Assembly (NCBI RefSeq): GCF_009914755.1 | Contig: NC_060933.1 | Length of the DNA: 64,000 nt | Strand: one strand, 5' to 3' | From: the human T2T-CHM13v2.0 reference genome, Homo sapiens | Shown here: positions 14,379-28,634 of the stretch, one piece after another | Numbering within the stretch: position 1 is the stretch's first letter | Layout: each line of letters opens with the position of its first letter | Translations under genes and position numbers: made by a program | The notes under the pieces: generated by a model | The model's database searches: none | Seen by the model: only the letters and a program-made list of their open reading frames with translations | Told to the model about the DNA's origin: nothing

Positions 14379-16475
14379 TATTTCTTTTCTTCTACTAATT
14401 TTGGGTTTGGTTTTCTTTTGCTTTTTAAGTTTTTTAAGATGTATTGTTGGGTTGTTTGAAGTTTTTCTACTTTTTTTGATGTAGGCACTTATTGCTATAA
14501 ACTTTCCTCTTAGTACTGCTTTTGCTGTATCCATAGGTTTTGGTATTTTTTTTTCCATTTTCATTTGTTTCAGAAAAATTTTAAATCTTTTTCTTAATTT
14601 CTTCATTGACCCACTGCTCATTCAGGAACATACTGTTTAATTTCCATGTGTTTGTGTAGTTTCCAAAATTTCTCTTGCTATTGATTTCTGGTTTTATCCC
14701 ATTGTAGTCAATGAAGATATTTGATATAATTTCAATTTTGTTTGAAGTTTTTAAAACTTGTTTTGTGACCTAACATATGGTCTATTCGTGAGAATGATCC
14801 ATGTGTTAAGGAGAAGAATGTGTATTTTGCAGCTGTTGGATGAAATATTCTGTAAATATCTATTAGATCCATTTGGTCTATAGTGCAGATTAAGTCTGAG
14901 GTTTCTTTGTTGATTTTCTGTCTGGATGATCTGCCCAGTGCTGAAAGTGGGGTGTTGAAATCTCCAGCTATTATTGTATCAGAGTTTCTCTTTCTCCTTA
15001 GCTCTAATTGCTTTATAATCTGGGTGCTCCAGCATTGGGTGCATGTATATTTACAATTGTTATATCCTCTTGACCCCTTTATCATTACATAGTGACTTTT
15101 TTGGTCTCTTTTTATAGTTTTTGTCTTGAAATCTATTTTGTCTGATGTTAGTATAGCTACTGCTGCTCTTTTTTGGTTTCCATTGGCATGGAATATCTTT
15201 TTTCATCCCTTTGTTTTCAGTCTCTATGTGTCTTTGTATATGAAATGTGTTTCTTGTAGGCAATAGATAATTGATCATTGGGTCTTTTTTTTTAAATCTA
15301 TTTCAGCCACTCTATGTCTTTTGATCAGAGAGTTTAGTCCATTTACATTCAATGTTATTATTGATAAGTAAGGACTTACTCTTGCCATTTTGTTATTCAT
15401 TTCTGGTTGTTTTGTGGTCTTCCTTCTTTCCTTTTTTCCTGTCTTTCTTTTAGTAAAGGTGATTTTCTCTGGTGGTATGTTTTAACTTCTTGCTTTTCCT
15501 TTTTGTGCTCTTTGATTTGACATTACCAGGAGGCTTGCAAATATCTTATAACCCATTATTTTAGACTGATGAAAACTTAACACTCATTGTACAAGCAAAG
15601 AAAATAACAAGTAAAGAGAAAACTAATAAAAACTAAAATTTAACTTCATCCCTCTGCTTTTTAACTTTCTGTTGTTTCTATTCACGTCTTATTGTACTGT
15701 CTATGTCTTGAAAAGTTGTCGTAGTTGTAATTTTTGGTTAGGTTCATCTTTTAGCTTTCCTACTCAAGATATGAGTAGTTTACACACCACAATTACAGTG
15801 TCATAATATTCTGTGTTTTTCTGTGCACTTACTACTACCAGTGAGTTTTGTACTTTCAGATGATATTTTATTGTTTCATTAACATTCTTTTCTTTAGATT
15901 GAAGAACTTTCTTTAGCATTTCTTGTAGAACTGGTCTGGTGTTGATGAAATCTCTTAGCTTTTGTTTGTCTGGGAAAGATTTTATTTCTCTTTCATGTTT
16001 AAAGGAAATTTTCATTGGATATACTAATCTAGGATAAAAGTGTTTTTTTCCTTCACCACTTGAAATATGTCATGCCACTTTCTCCTGGCCTATAAGGTTT
16101 CCACTGAGAGGTCTGCTGCCAGTATTGGAACTCCTTTGTATGTTATTTGTTTTTCTTCTTTTGCTGCTTTTAAGGTCCTTTATCTTGGACATTTGGGAGT
16201 TTGATTATTACACGTCTTGAGGTAGTCTTATTTGGGTTAAATCTGCTTGGTGTTCTATAACCTTCTTGTACTTTGAATATTGATATCTTTCTCTAGGTTT
16301 GGGAAGTTCTCTGTTATCATCCCTTTGAATAAACTTTGAACCCAGATCTGCCTACCTCCACTTTAAGGCCAATAAGTCTTTGATTTGTCCTTTTGAAGCT
16401 ATTTTCTAGATCTTGTGGGTGTGCTTCTTTCTTTTTAAATCTTTTTTTCTTTTGTCTCCTCTGACTGTGTATTTT

Positions 16476-16749
16476 CTTTTGTCAGTTTTTGTTTTTGTTT
16501 CAGGCAGGATCTTGCTCTGTTGCCCAGGCTGGAATGCAGTGATGTGATCATGGCTCACTGCAGCCTTGACCTCATGGGCTCAAGTGATCCTCCCACCTCA
16601 GCCTCATGAGTAGCTGGAGCTACAGGCACATGCCACCATACTCGGATAATTTTTGCATTTTTTTTGTAGAGATGGGGTTTCACCATGTTGCCCAGGCTGG
16701 TCTTGAACTCCTGGGGTCAAGTGATCTGCCCACCTTAGCCTTCCAAAGT
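16476..16749 (-). mobile_element. AluJ lacking its 5' ~40 bp
   Basis: CAGCCTTGACCTC..GGGCTCAAGTGATCCTCCCACCTCAGCC; ends at TTCCAAAGT. Confidence 0.9.
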
Positions 16750-16970
16750 CAGACCCAAAGCCAGCACAACACTGGGTCTCACTCAAGTCCTACAGTGACC
16801 ACTGCCTGGCTACTGCCTATATTCACTCAAGACCAAGGAGCTCTACAATCATTAGGTCATGAATTTAGCCAGGTTTGTATCCTTCCTTTCATGGTGGAGA
16901 GTTCCCCCTCAGACCCAGGTGGGTTCAGAAATGCCATCCAGCAGCCAGGACCTGAAATTGGGAACCTTAA

Positions 16971-17201
<231 letters not shown>

Positions 17202-18411
17202 TAAGAGGAGTGGGCTCCTCTCTGTGCCAGGGCAGGTCCACAAATGCTGTCCAGGAGCCAAGCCCTGGAATTAAGGACCCCAGGAGCCTGCTTGGTACTG
17301 TACCCACTGTGGCTGAGCTGGTATCCAAACTACAAGGCAAAGTGCCCTTTACTCTTCCTTCTCCTTTCCTTAAGTAGAAGAGTCTCTTCCCACAGACTTC
17401 ACAGCTGGGAATGTGCTAGGTCACACCTGAAACTGGCATGACTCTGAGTCTCCCCCAAGGCCCACAGTGAGTGCTACATGGTTACCCCTGCTCATGATTC
17501 AGGGCCCAAGGGCTCTTTAGTCAGCAGGTGATGAATCCTGCCAGGACTGGTTCCTTCCTTTTCTCTTTCTGCCTTAAAGGCAACAAGTTCCCTTCTGGCC
17601 CAATGTATGTCTAGAAATGTCATCTGGGAGCTAGGGGCCTCACAACTGTGCCCAATGGCCTATTCTATTGTGAATGAGATGGTATCCAAGTTGTAAGACA
17701 AAGTTCTCTTTACTTTTCCCATCCTCTCCTCAAGCAGAAAGGAGTTTCTCCCAAAGCTGCAAGGTGCACTGCCTGGGGTTGAGGAGGGGTGGCAGAAGCA
17801 CTCCCTTGGCTGCTACAGCTGGTGTCTCACCAGGTCGCATGCATCCCTAGTCTACTGACTCTGAGCTCAGCAGTGCACAAGGACTTGTCCAGGAATTGTA
17901 CTTGTGGCCTAGGCTGCCTTTCAAGTTCATTTAGGATTCCAGAGCACTTTAGCCTATGATGGAGAGGCTTGCTAGAACTCAGGTTCTGACTGCTGGGATG
18001 GATAATTACCCTCTGGCTAGGGCTGGTCTAAATGCTTCTTCCTTGGGCACTGGCTGAGCTCTGCCTGGTGTTGCTTTCTGCTGTGACAGGGCAGCACTGA
18101 GTTCCAATGCAAAGTCCTGCAATCAGTGCTGTCTCCCTCCCCCAAGTTCACAGATTCTGTCTCTGCACCACGTGGCTGTTGCCAGGTGATGGGAGAGGGT
18201 ATAAGCAATTCAAGACTGCCTTTCCTACCCTCTTCAGTGCCTCCTTCCTAAATATGATGTTAAAACCAGGCACTGTGATCGCTCACCTGTTTTGTGGTTC
18301 TTATGAAGGGACTTTTTTCCCCCCACTGTGGATAGTTTTTCAGTTTGGTGTTCCTGCAGTGGAGATGATCTCTGGAGGGTTCTATTTGGCCATCTTGTTC
18401 TGCCTTCCTCC

Positions 18412-18840
18412 AGAAATTTTAAACTTTAATAAATTCCAACAACATTATTTTCCTTCATGGATTATACTTTTGGCGTTACATCTAAAAAGACATAATTAAA
18501 CCCAAGGGCACATAGTTTTTCTCTTATGCTTTCTTCTAGAGGTTTGATGGTTTTGCATTTTACATTTAGATTTATGGTTCATTTCGAAGTAATATTTGTG
18601 AAAGCTGTATGGTCTGTGACTTTGTTATTATTATTATTTTTTCATGTGTATGTCCATTTTTTTCCAGCAGCATTTGTGGAAAAGATGATTCTTTGTCCAT
18701 TGAACTGCCTTTGTTTGTTTGTCAAAGATCATTTGACTCTATTTGTGTAGGTCTATTTCTGGGCTTTCTATACTGTTCCATTGATATATGCATCTATCTT
18801 TTTGCCAGTACGGTCTCTTTATTATTGTAGCTTTCCAGTA
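18412..18840 (-). mobile_element. Older L1M ORF2 fragment
   Basis: GTTTTGCATTTTACATTTAG..., TCTATTTCTGGGCTTTCTATACTGTTCCATTGAT, TTATTGTAGCTTT. Confidence 0.8.
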
Positions 18841-19026
18841 ATATACATTTTTGGCAACCATGTTTTTATGTTTTCAATGATTGTTTTTCAGTTGATTCTC
18901 TTGTGATTTTTTTTCATTTTTACCAATATATTCACAAAATTCACCTGAACTTCCAGGACAATATTAAATAATGGTAATTGTGTGCTCAGTGGCTCTCATA
19001 CTTGGGTATTCACACAATTCAGCTGC

Positions 19027-19460
19027 TATGATGGTTAATATGGCTAGTTTTATGTGCCAGCTTGGCTAGACTATAATATTCACTAATTTAATCAAACACT
19101 AATTTAGATGTTGCTATGAAGGCAATTTGCAGATGTAGGTTACATCTACAATTAGTTGACTTTAATTAAAAGAGGTTACCCTTGACAATGTGGATGAACC
19201 TCATCCAATCAAGTTAACTGCTTAAGAATAAAAACTGAATTTTTCCAGAGAAGAAGAAATTCTGCCTTAACACTGCAAATCGACTGCTGCCTGAGTTTCT
19301 AGCCTGGCCTTTAAAGATTTTAGACTTGCCAGCTCCATAACTGTGTGAGCCAATTCCTTAAAATAAATCTATGTATGTATGTTTGTATGTATCCATTCAT
19401 CTATCCATCCATCCATTTATCCTATAAGTTCTGTTTCTCTGGGGAACCCTGACTGATACA
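19027..19460 (+). mobile_element. MLT2 (ERVL) solo LTR
   Basis: Starts T(A)TGATGGTTAAT..., contains TAGATGTTGCTATGAAGG, ends TCTGTTTCTCTGGGGAACCCTGACTGATACA. Confidence 0.85.
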
Positions 19461-19712
19461 GCATCCAAAAGAATAAAATCCCTAGGAATAAATTTAATGA
19501 ATAAGGTAAAAGATTTGTGCTTGAAAATTATAACATTGCTGAAAAAATTAAAGAAGATCTAAATAAATGAAAAGATATATTCCATGGTTATGCATAACAA
19601 GACTTACCATTTTTTAAATGATTATACTTCCAAAGGCAATCTACAGATTCAAAGAAATTGCTATCAAAATATCAATAATTACTTTTGCAGAATTTGAAAA
19701 GCTTATTCTAAA
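19461..19712 (+). mobile_element. L1M ORF2 fragment
   Basis: AAAAGAATAAAATCCCTAGGAATAAATTT...GCAATCTACAGATTCAA...AAGCTTATTCTAAA. Confidence 0.8.
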
Positions 19713-20545
19713 TGCATGTGGAGGTTACGCACGAGTTCAGTAACGTGGGCATCCACTCACCAAGGCTGACTTGGCTACAGGCACTGCCAAGTGCCCAATT
19801 TGCCAACAGCCAGAGAACAATACTGAGTTCCCATTGTGTCACCATTCCCCAGGGTGATCAGCCAGCTACCTGGTGGCAGGTTGATTACACTGGATTGTTT
19901 CCATTATGGAAGGAGCAGCATTTTGTTCTTACCAGAATAGATGTTAGTCTGAGTGAAGATTTGACATCTTTGCTTGCAATGCTTCTACCAAAACTATTGT
20001 CTGTGCTATGTTAGGCCATTCTTTTGTTGCTATAAATAAATATTCAAGGATGAGTAATTTATGAAGAAATAAGGTTTAGTTGGCTCATGGTTCTGCAGGT
20101 GTACAGGAGGCATGGCTCTGGCACAGGCTTCTGGGGAGGCCTCAGGGAGCTTTTACTCATGGCACAAGGCAAAATGGAAGCAGGCACATCACACGGCAAG
20201 ACAGAAAGGGGGAAGGCGCCACACACTTTCAAACAACCAGATCTCCCAAGAACTCATTATCTCAAGGACAGTACCAAGCCATGAGGGATTTGCCCCCATG
20301 ACTGAAACACCTCCCACCAGGCCCCACCTCCAACCTTGATGATTGCATTTCAATGTGAGATTTGGGTGTTAGAAATAAGCCAACCATATCATGTGGACTT
20401 ACAGAATGCCTTATATGCATATTCCATTATATGTGTAATTCCACATGGCATTGTTTCTGATCAGGGAAGTCACTTCAGAGCAAACAAGGTGCAGCAGTAG
20501 GCCCATGCTCATGAAATTCACTGGTGTTACCATGTCCCCCATGTT
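19713..20545 (+). mobile_element. ERVL/HERVL internal fragment (integrase), split by an MST LTR
   Basis: Translation TIPQGDQPATWWQVDYTG...FVLTRID is typical ERVL integrase; it resumes after 20392 with ATTCCACATGGCATTGTTTCTGATCAGGGAAGTCACTTC (SDQGSHF). Confidence 0.88.
20007..20391 (-). mobile_element. MST (MaLR) solo LTR
   Basis: TATGTTAGGCCATTCTT...CCAACCATATCA; 5-bp near-TSD TGTGC (20002-20006) / TGTGG (20392-20396). Confidence 0.9.
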
Positions 20546-21160
20546 TCTCTCTTGTGTCTCATCTCTGCTCTTTACTGATTCAGGGACCTAAGGTCCTAAG
20601 CCCAAGTGTTGTAGAAAGAGCACATTTCAGATAGGGACTCAGAACACCCTTTACAACATTTTAAAACTGGGTTACAGAAGTTTTAGTTTCAGCAGTTCCT
20701 AATTACCTTAAAGAAGGCAATTTCCATGTCTTATAAAAAACCAGTTTGAAAAATCTACTCTAGAAAAAGCAAGGAAAATCAGTAACATCGCAGCCTGCTT
20801 TTGGATTCTTTCATCTCTTCATAGGGTGGCACTGAAGTTACAGACTTACATCCTCCCTCATTGAGGAAGACTTGTCAAACCATCTCTGGATGGACAGACT
20901 GAGAGAAATAGACTCAGGGCTGTGGCTGTGTACACTCTCCCATTTCCTTGCCAGAAATCTTGCCTTTCCCATCCCCGAGCCCATAGTTACTGTTCTTAGT
21001 TAGATGGCATTGGCAGAAAGATGCTGGGATCTCAGCCATGCATGGTAGAAAATATAAGCAAGCTGGGGCTGAGTACAAGCCAGGAAGATTAACTCATCAA
21101 TGAGGAGGCTCCTTGTGAAGGACACTTCAAAGACTACTATTTAATTGGGGCATAACCACT

Positions 21161-21525
21161 TGTATTAATTGGATAGGCCGACTGCAGTAACTAAGGTTCG
21201 TGAGTGTATGATGACTCATGAACAGTCCAAAATAGTTCCAGTTGGTGGATAACTATGCTTCACCCAGAAATCCAGGGATCCAGGCTGACAGGATCTACCA
21301 TCTTTAATACATGACTTTCAAGGTTGCCCTGGACAACAACACCAAGCCACTAGAAGGGAAAAGAGGTCACATAGGAGGTTTTTATGGGACAGACCTGGAA
21401 CACTACTTCTCATATTCCTTTGGTAGAACTGAATCATATGTCCACATCCAACTGCCAGGGAGACTGGGATATAGGCCCAAGAAGAAGAGGAAATAAATTT
21501 CATGAGGAACAGCAATCTCTTACAC
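21161..21525. mobile_element. Old MLT1 (MaLR) LTR
   Basis: TGTATTAATTGGATAGG...CATATTCCTTTGGTAGAACTGAATCATATG...GGGAGACTGGGA...AAGAAGAGGAAA...TTACACA. Confidence 0.6.
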
Positions 21526-22729
21526 AGTGTCTGTGCCCAAGGGATGGTGATGTGCTGTCTGGATTAGGGCAGCAGGAGCTAAAGACAAGATTTGGCTGAA
21601 ATTCAGACAAGAGGCAGCATTTTCTTTTGAATGGTTCTGCCTGGCTTAGAGTAAGACCTAGCCAGTTGCAGGTGTGGGAAATTGTTTTGGTGGTGGGAAT
21701 GTTATGGATGTTAATGTCCAGGCCCTGGGGAAAGGGATTGCAAGAATGAAGTAGGGTGGAGTTCCTGAACCTAAATCACAAGGACTAAGATTCAAGTCCA
21801 GGTTCTAGTGATGATATTGAAGGCCAATAATGTGGACAGAGATTTAGACAAAGGCTTACATGTGAGGACTTGCCTTGACATTAAGACATCATTCCAGGTC
21901 TCCATTGTCAGTGTGTCTAGAACTGCTTGGCTTGGCTCTGGGTTAGTTTGGGGATGGTCCTTATGCTGAAATTCTCCTTAGGCCTCTCTTTTCCAGAAGG
22001 GCACCCAGTTATGCTCTTCAAAGGGCTTAATTTCTCAGAAGCAAGGGTTGGAGGGGTGGCTGAATCCTAGTACCTACGGCTTCCTCAAGCAGCCTTAGTC
22101 ACACTTCCTAGCTTTTAAGAGTTTACATTAAAATGATGCTAGGATACAGGTTACAAATTTCTGATGTCCGGTGATCTCATAGGACACATTCTGTCTCACA
22201 GTTTAGGCATGTAACTTAGGGGCTAAATAACTACCATTAGATTCTATATAGAGAGCTGGAACATAAATTGTATGCTTTGTTTGCTTTCTTCTTTGTGGGT
22301 GGCCAAAAAATCTTAAAAATTGTTAAGCCTTTCTGAAAATTGTCTTTTAAGGATGATACTGCATGTACTGTCTAGAGATGTAGTTGGAACAGATGTTGCG
22401 AGAGGCTCTTACACTCTAATATGCTGAGAATGTCTGTGTATGCCCCAGGCATGATCGCAGAGAACCCAACACATTCATAGCACTACAGGGCGTTACCTTC
22501 CACTTGACCCTTCCATTCTCTTGATTGTTCAATGCACAAGGGTCATTAAGAGGCTGAATGATGATTATTACACTCCATTGTGGTTGCCAGCTATCTGATG
22601 GCAGATTTTCGAAAACAGAAACCACTGCAGGTTAATGGTATATGGAATGTGCAAGATTTTGGTCTTGGAGAAAGCTAGATTATTTTGTAGAGCAAAACAT
22701 GGGATGATAAAGGCGGCAATATATTGTGG

Positions 22730-22945
22730 CATTTGAACACAGAATCTGTGGTAAATCTGCCATTTGCTGGAAACTTAACCTTGGGTTAATTGTAATCATT
22801 CAGTGCCTCAGTTTCCTCATCTTAGAAATGGGGATTATAACAGTACTCATTTGCACAGGGTTATAGCGAGAACTAAATTAACCAACGTATGTAAAGTGCT
22901 TAGCACAAAACCTGGCATATAGTAGGCCCTCAAAAAATTATTTAT
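22730..22945 (+). mobile_element. MIR
   Basis: Core CAGTGCCTCAGTTTCCTCATCTTAGAAATGGGGATTATAACAGTAC...AAAGTGCTTAGCACAAAACCTGGCATATAGTAG. Confidence 0.85.
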
Positions 22946-23182
22946 TATTATAGGCTAAGATTTCTTTAAAAAAACTTGTCATTTGAGTAATAAAAGTGGG
23001 AGATTAATCAGTCACCAAATTTAAACACTTGTTCGTAGTGGTTAGAACTGGGTCCTTAGAATTCTGTTGGTAAAAGGGATTTTTTTTTTTAAATCCACTC
23101 TACCTATATCAGCCTTTTTAGTTACCCTCCTTAAAAAGATATTAGATCAAGTAGGGAAAATGTTCCCCAGAAAAGTCTGGAG

Positions 23183-23366
23183 CAGAGGCTTTCATAGTGT
23201 GGGCTCCAAGTCAGTGCCATCAGCATCATAGGGAACTTGTTAGAAATGCAAATTCTCAGGCTGGGCACCCCAGACCTACTGAATCAGAAACTCTTGGGGT
23301 TGGGCTCAGCAGTCTGCTTTAACAAGCCTTCTAGTTGAATCTTAAGCTCAGATTTGAAAATCACTG
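23183..23366. mobile_element. MER5A (hAT-Charlie)
   Basis: GGGAACTTGTTAGAAATGCAAATTCTCAGG...CCCCAGACCTACTGAATCAGAAACTCT with CAG...CACTG termini. Confidence 0.9.
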
Positions 23367-23439
23367 GCTTAGAGCCATCAGAGATAAGCTGTTGATAAAA
23401 CGTAGCCTGTAGTCATTGCAGAAAACTTACGGAAGTTTA

Positions 23440-24300
23440 TGAGCCCAGACCTGCATTTCCAGGTGCCTTCTGGAATCTCCACCTGAGCCCCTCAATTCCC
23501 CTACTCTGCTTCCTCCTGTGGCATCTTAGTTAATAGTCCTGCCACCCTCCCTTCTAAATTCTTCTCCTCTCTCACTTTTCACCCAACCAGCCACTAAAAA
23601 TCTGTCAATTCCCTTTCCTGAATGCTTCTATCCATCTGCTCCTCCCTTCCCACTCTCTCCACCTGCATTCAGGCTCTCACTACCTCTTGTTGGGTTTAGT
23701 GTGGTAGTGTCATATTTTTGCGGCATCTTCTGACCTTTGCTTCTGGAGTTTGCCCACTCTTCTCTCCACACTGCTGTGGAGCACTGATGGATCAGTTGTT
23801 TCACTGCTTAAAGACCTTTCAGTGCAGTAGACAAATTCCTTACCATGAGATTCCCAGGGCTTCACAACCTAACCAGAGACTCTGTTTCTAGCCTCCTCTG
23901 TCTCATGCCTTATGCTCCCACCACTCTCGCCTTTCCTGTCAATGCCATGCTCCTTCACAGCCCCTTACTTGGCATATGTGTTTGCCCTTTGCCTTGTATG
24001 TTCATCCTCATTATCTGCTTACTGAGGTTCTATTTAACAGCTCAGCTTCAAAATCACTGATCCTAAAGTCTTCCTTGACTCTCCTAAGGAGATTTAGAAT
24101 CTCTCTTTGCAGTTCTCTGGCCATATTCTACTTTTAAAGGCATTTACTGCTGATATTGATAGCTTTCCTACCAAACTGTGAACTTCTCAGGGCCAAAACA
24201 ACAAACAAACAAACAAACAATCTTATTCATCTTTGCATCTCCAGCACAGTGGTTAGCACTTATTAAGTAGGCGCTTAATAAACGTTTGCTGAAGGAATAA
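23440..24300 (+). mobile_element. L2 3' portion (degenerate)
   Basis: Pyrimidine-rich L2-like body ending CATCTTTGCATCTCCAGCACAGTG...GTAGGCGCTTAATAAACGTTTGCTGAA. Confidence 0.7.
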
Positions 24301-24836
24301 AGCAATGACTGTGTGTTGTTACAAGAGGATTTTCCTTCTAAGGAACAAAACCTCAGTTGCCCAGGTGTAGAATACTGCCTTTGAGAGAGTATTTATGTTC
24401 TGGATCATGGCAGCCATGGAAGAGGATCTGTTTCTGAGGGAAACCACGGGAGAGTTTGGGCAGGTGAAATGTAATTATCCATGCTGGCCCTAAGCCAAGG
24501 GTTTGCAGAGCTGCCACCAGGCCAGGGCTAAACACAAATAGGTATGACCTTCATCTTGCCTCCCTTCTGAAGAGCAGCTCCTCGGGCAGCCCGCAGCTCC
24601 GGAACAGCTTGCTAGGGCCTGGGGTCAGTTTCACTTGCAGGAAAGAGGCAGCAGAGCCCTGTGACCCCGCTGAGCTGGCTCCATCGCTGTTGGTTTAAAC
24701 ACACAGCCTGGTGTGGAAAAGGCAGATGGTCTGTGATCTTCCTCTCATTCTTTTCGGCTGCACCACTGCATTCCTTCTAGCTGAAGTTAGCAACACACAC
24801 TTCCCTTTCGGGGCACAAGACCCCAGCATGTAACTA

Positions 24837-24854
24837 TAACTTGACGTCAGGTTA
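24837..24854. promoter_or_regulatory. Full CRE (TGACGTCA) inside an 18-bp near-palindrome
   Basis: TAACTTGACGTCAGGTTA with intact CpG, in apparently unique sequence. Confidence 0.35.
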
Positions 24855-26779
24855 CCAGAAGCCAATTTCCTCACTGTGTTTGTGTGTCTGTGTCTTCATG
24901 TTTATTTCTAAAATCAATAAATCTCCCTACCCAAATTACAAAGCAACACATGCATAAATGCAGAAAATTGAAAAGCCATTTTGCAGCTGACCGTGAATCC
25001 TTTCTGGAAGAAGGTGCAGGTTACAGAAAAAGTGGCTGAGCTGGGATATAAACCCAGGAAGTGTGACTTTGCTGCAGCTGGGCTCTCAGTGGGTCTACCT
25101 GGGGTGGGGGTGGGTTGGAGGCAGCAGAGGCCAACACACATAGCAGGGACCTCTGAGTTCCCTGGTTTTGAATATAACTAAAACCATAGAACCTTGGAGC
25201 TTCCACAAATATGACCTTGGAGGTGGCCACAGGAGAGAGGTGGAGGAACGCAGAGTGGAGAAGGAGGCATGTTCTTTCTACAAAGCAATCTCACATTTAG
25301 TCAGTATTGTGCCTCTCAACCATTCTCTAGACAAGATTTTATGCACAGAGCAGAGACTTTCCCCTAAGCAGCAATATTCCTGTATGTTCTACTTTTCATT
25401 TTCTTGATTCTCCCTCCAAAGGTCTCCAAGCAATTTACAAACTGTAGGTTGTGTTTGCAATTCATACCCTTAAAGTATATCTATGTTTCTCTCCCCTCTC
25501 ACTTTTCTTTTGTCTTTTATGATTGTGACTAAAAAAGAGGAAGAGTGGAGACCAAAGCTCATGAATGTATATGAAGCCATTACATTTGCTGGGCGAGATG
25601 CATGCTCAGGCACTCCTTTTTAAATGCTTGTCTCCCCATCACCAGAACTGCTTTGGAGCTTTTCCCTCCAATTGCACAAATTCATTATTTACTCTTTTAC
25701 TGCGTCTATTTATAAATCCACATGGACCCTCTGGGAGGCCCAATTCGGGCCTCAGAGCTCCTGTAATGAAGCCTGGCTCACTCTGCTCTGATGTAGCTCA
25801 CTGCTACTGCTGCTTGGGGGATACAGTGTGTGCCCACCACTTTTTTGGAAGGTCAGCGTGACTGAGGACAAAGGATTTTAAATTGTGCTCTGTGGAATCC
25901 TGGAATCTTAAGTAAGCTGCCAAAGAGTTCTAGGAAATAACAAAAATAAAATCAGCCATCGACACTGTTTTATTTTTCAAGGCACTATGATTTTGGTTTT
26001 GTTGTTAAACTTTTTCTGGGGTTAAAGTATATATCTAGTGCAAGCAGACCATACTCCCTGAAGTTTGTTTTAAAAGTTCACCAGCGGTGTGGGGCCAGTA
26101 TGTCTGGAGGAGCCAGATGGGAGTAGTCACGGCGACATTCCCTGGTGGTGACTTCTCCTACATAGGGGTTTGTCTATTTGACCAGCTTGTCAGCACCAAG
26201 CAGACGATGCCTGACAATAGTAAGCGCTTAATAAATCTTTGTTGAATAAATGAGTGATTGATTTTTTTTTGGCCACGCTGTGCCTCTGATGGTCCTGGCT
26301 GCAGGCTTAATTCTGTTCCAGATTTTGTGCCCATTTTGACCAAAGAAGGAATTTTATCAGCAGCTTTACTGTATGTGCCTCGTATGCTTAGAGTCAGGAC
26401 CCTCAGGCCTGATTGGGACCAAGGGACCCCTCATGACCCACTGACAGACCCCTTCAAGCTCCTTAAGTTTCCTTTGCTGCACAAGGTTTGCTCCCAGGGG
26501 AATTCCTGGGTGCTTGGCTCACCTTTGGTTCCAGCTCTTCCCTTTCTCCTCCAGTGATGACGCCCTGTGATTTCAGGGCAGGAGCTCTGGGGTCCTGGCA
26601 CCCTGGGGTTTCTCTCCAGATGATTGCCTATATCCTCCTACTCCAGGGTCTTGGCCACCAGTTGAGCTGACCAGGTCCCTGGCATCAAACGCTTTGTAGC
26701 CTAGCTGCTCCTTGGAATCTGCTTCTCTAGTTAGCCAGCCCTCTCCCTCAGAGAGTGAGCACCTGGGTATGGGGGCAGG

Positions 26780-26821
26780 GTGTGTGTGTGTGTCTGTGTG
26801 TGTCTGTGTGTGTGTGTGTGT
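26780..26821. repeat. (GT)n microsatellite, interrupted
   Basis: About 20 GT units with two CT interruptions. Confidence 0.95.
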
Positions 26822-28048
26822 TTAAGAGGGAGAGAGGCTTTGACTCAGTTTCTCTCCTCGAGTGACTTGTAATGCTCCTCCGGACCCCCATCCTCTAAAC
26901 CCCCCAGAAATGTCAAGTTTCTCAAAGTTTAGAGGAAAGGGAAGTCTCTAACCGCTACCTAACTGGTCATAGATAAGTTTACAGTAAGAGTACAAGTATT
27001 TCCACTAACAAACACATAGAGTGACTCCTTGGGAAAATATCGGGGTCCCTGGCTTTTTGCTTCCTAAGGTTGCATTTGTAATAAAGGAACAAAACTATTG
27101 TCAAAAATATGATTTATTGCAATTACTTTGGGAAAAGCACTCAACATGAGAGAACTTCACTTTTTAGAGGACTCTGCTCATTTCCCTCCATAGAAAGTGA
27201 GGGGGGTACCTCCAGGCATCCTAGCGTCGCTCAGTGGTGGTGGAAGCAGAAGTCCTGGTGGTAACTTCTGGTGAGGATACGGAGGCCAATGGCCCATGGG
27301 GAAGGAAAAGTAAAGAACATGGGAAAGTCTCCATGTGGGAGAGATGTGGAAAAGAAGGTTTTAGAAGAAGCAGCTGCTGGATTGAAGAATTACTGAAGGG
27401 TGGAAAGGAAATTTTAAGATGTGTCACTTGGATTATGACTGCAATCTCCTTAAGTGTTTCTTAAAAGCACAATAAAAGGTTCAAATTACTTTTGGCTGCT
27501 GGACTAGTTTATTTGAGTGAGACACTATGCTAGAATCAAACCACTTGGGAACCAGAGATTTTATTCATCAAATATTAAGTGCCAACTACTGGGGATACAA
27601 CAGTGAACAAGGCAGACCAAAAATCCTTTCTCAAGGGCTTATTAGGAGAGACACAAAGTAAATAAAATAAGTAAATTATGTCATAGATCATAAGGTGATA
27701 AGTACTATGGAAAAAATAAAGCAGGAGAGGCAGATAGGGAATTCCAAGGGAGGAACGTATTGCAAATCTTAAATATGGTGGTCAGCAAACTCCTCCCAGA
27801 GAAAGTGACATGGGAGCAGAGATTGGAGGGTGTGAAGGGTTAGCCAGGCAGGCAAAGTCATGGAAGAGTTAGAAGTAGGACATATTTGTGAACCAGCAAG
27901 GAGGCCAGCATGGCTGACATGGAGTGAGTATGGTGGGAGAGATCAGAGAAGCAAGGAGACCTAACCATGCTGACTGTGTAAGCCATTCTAAAACCTGTGG
28001 CTTTTCCTCTGGAGGGCTCTGAGTAGAGAAGTGATAAATACAGCTTAG

Positions 28049-28634
<586 letters not shown>

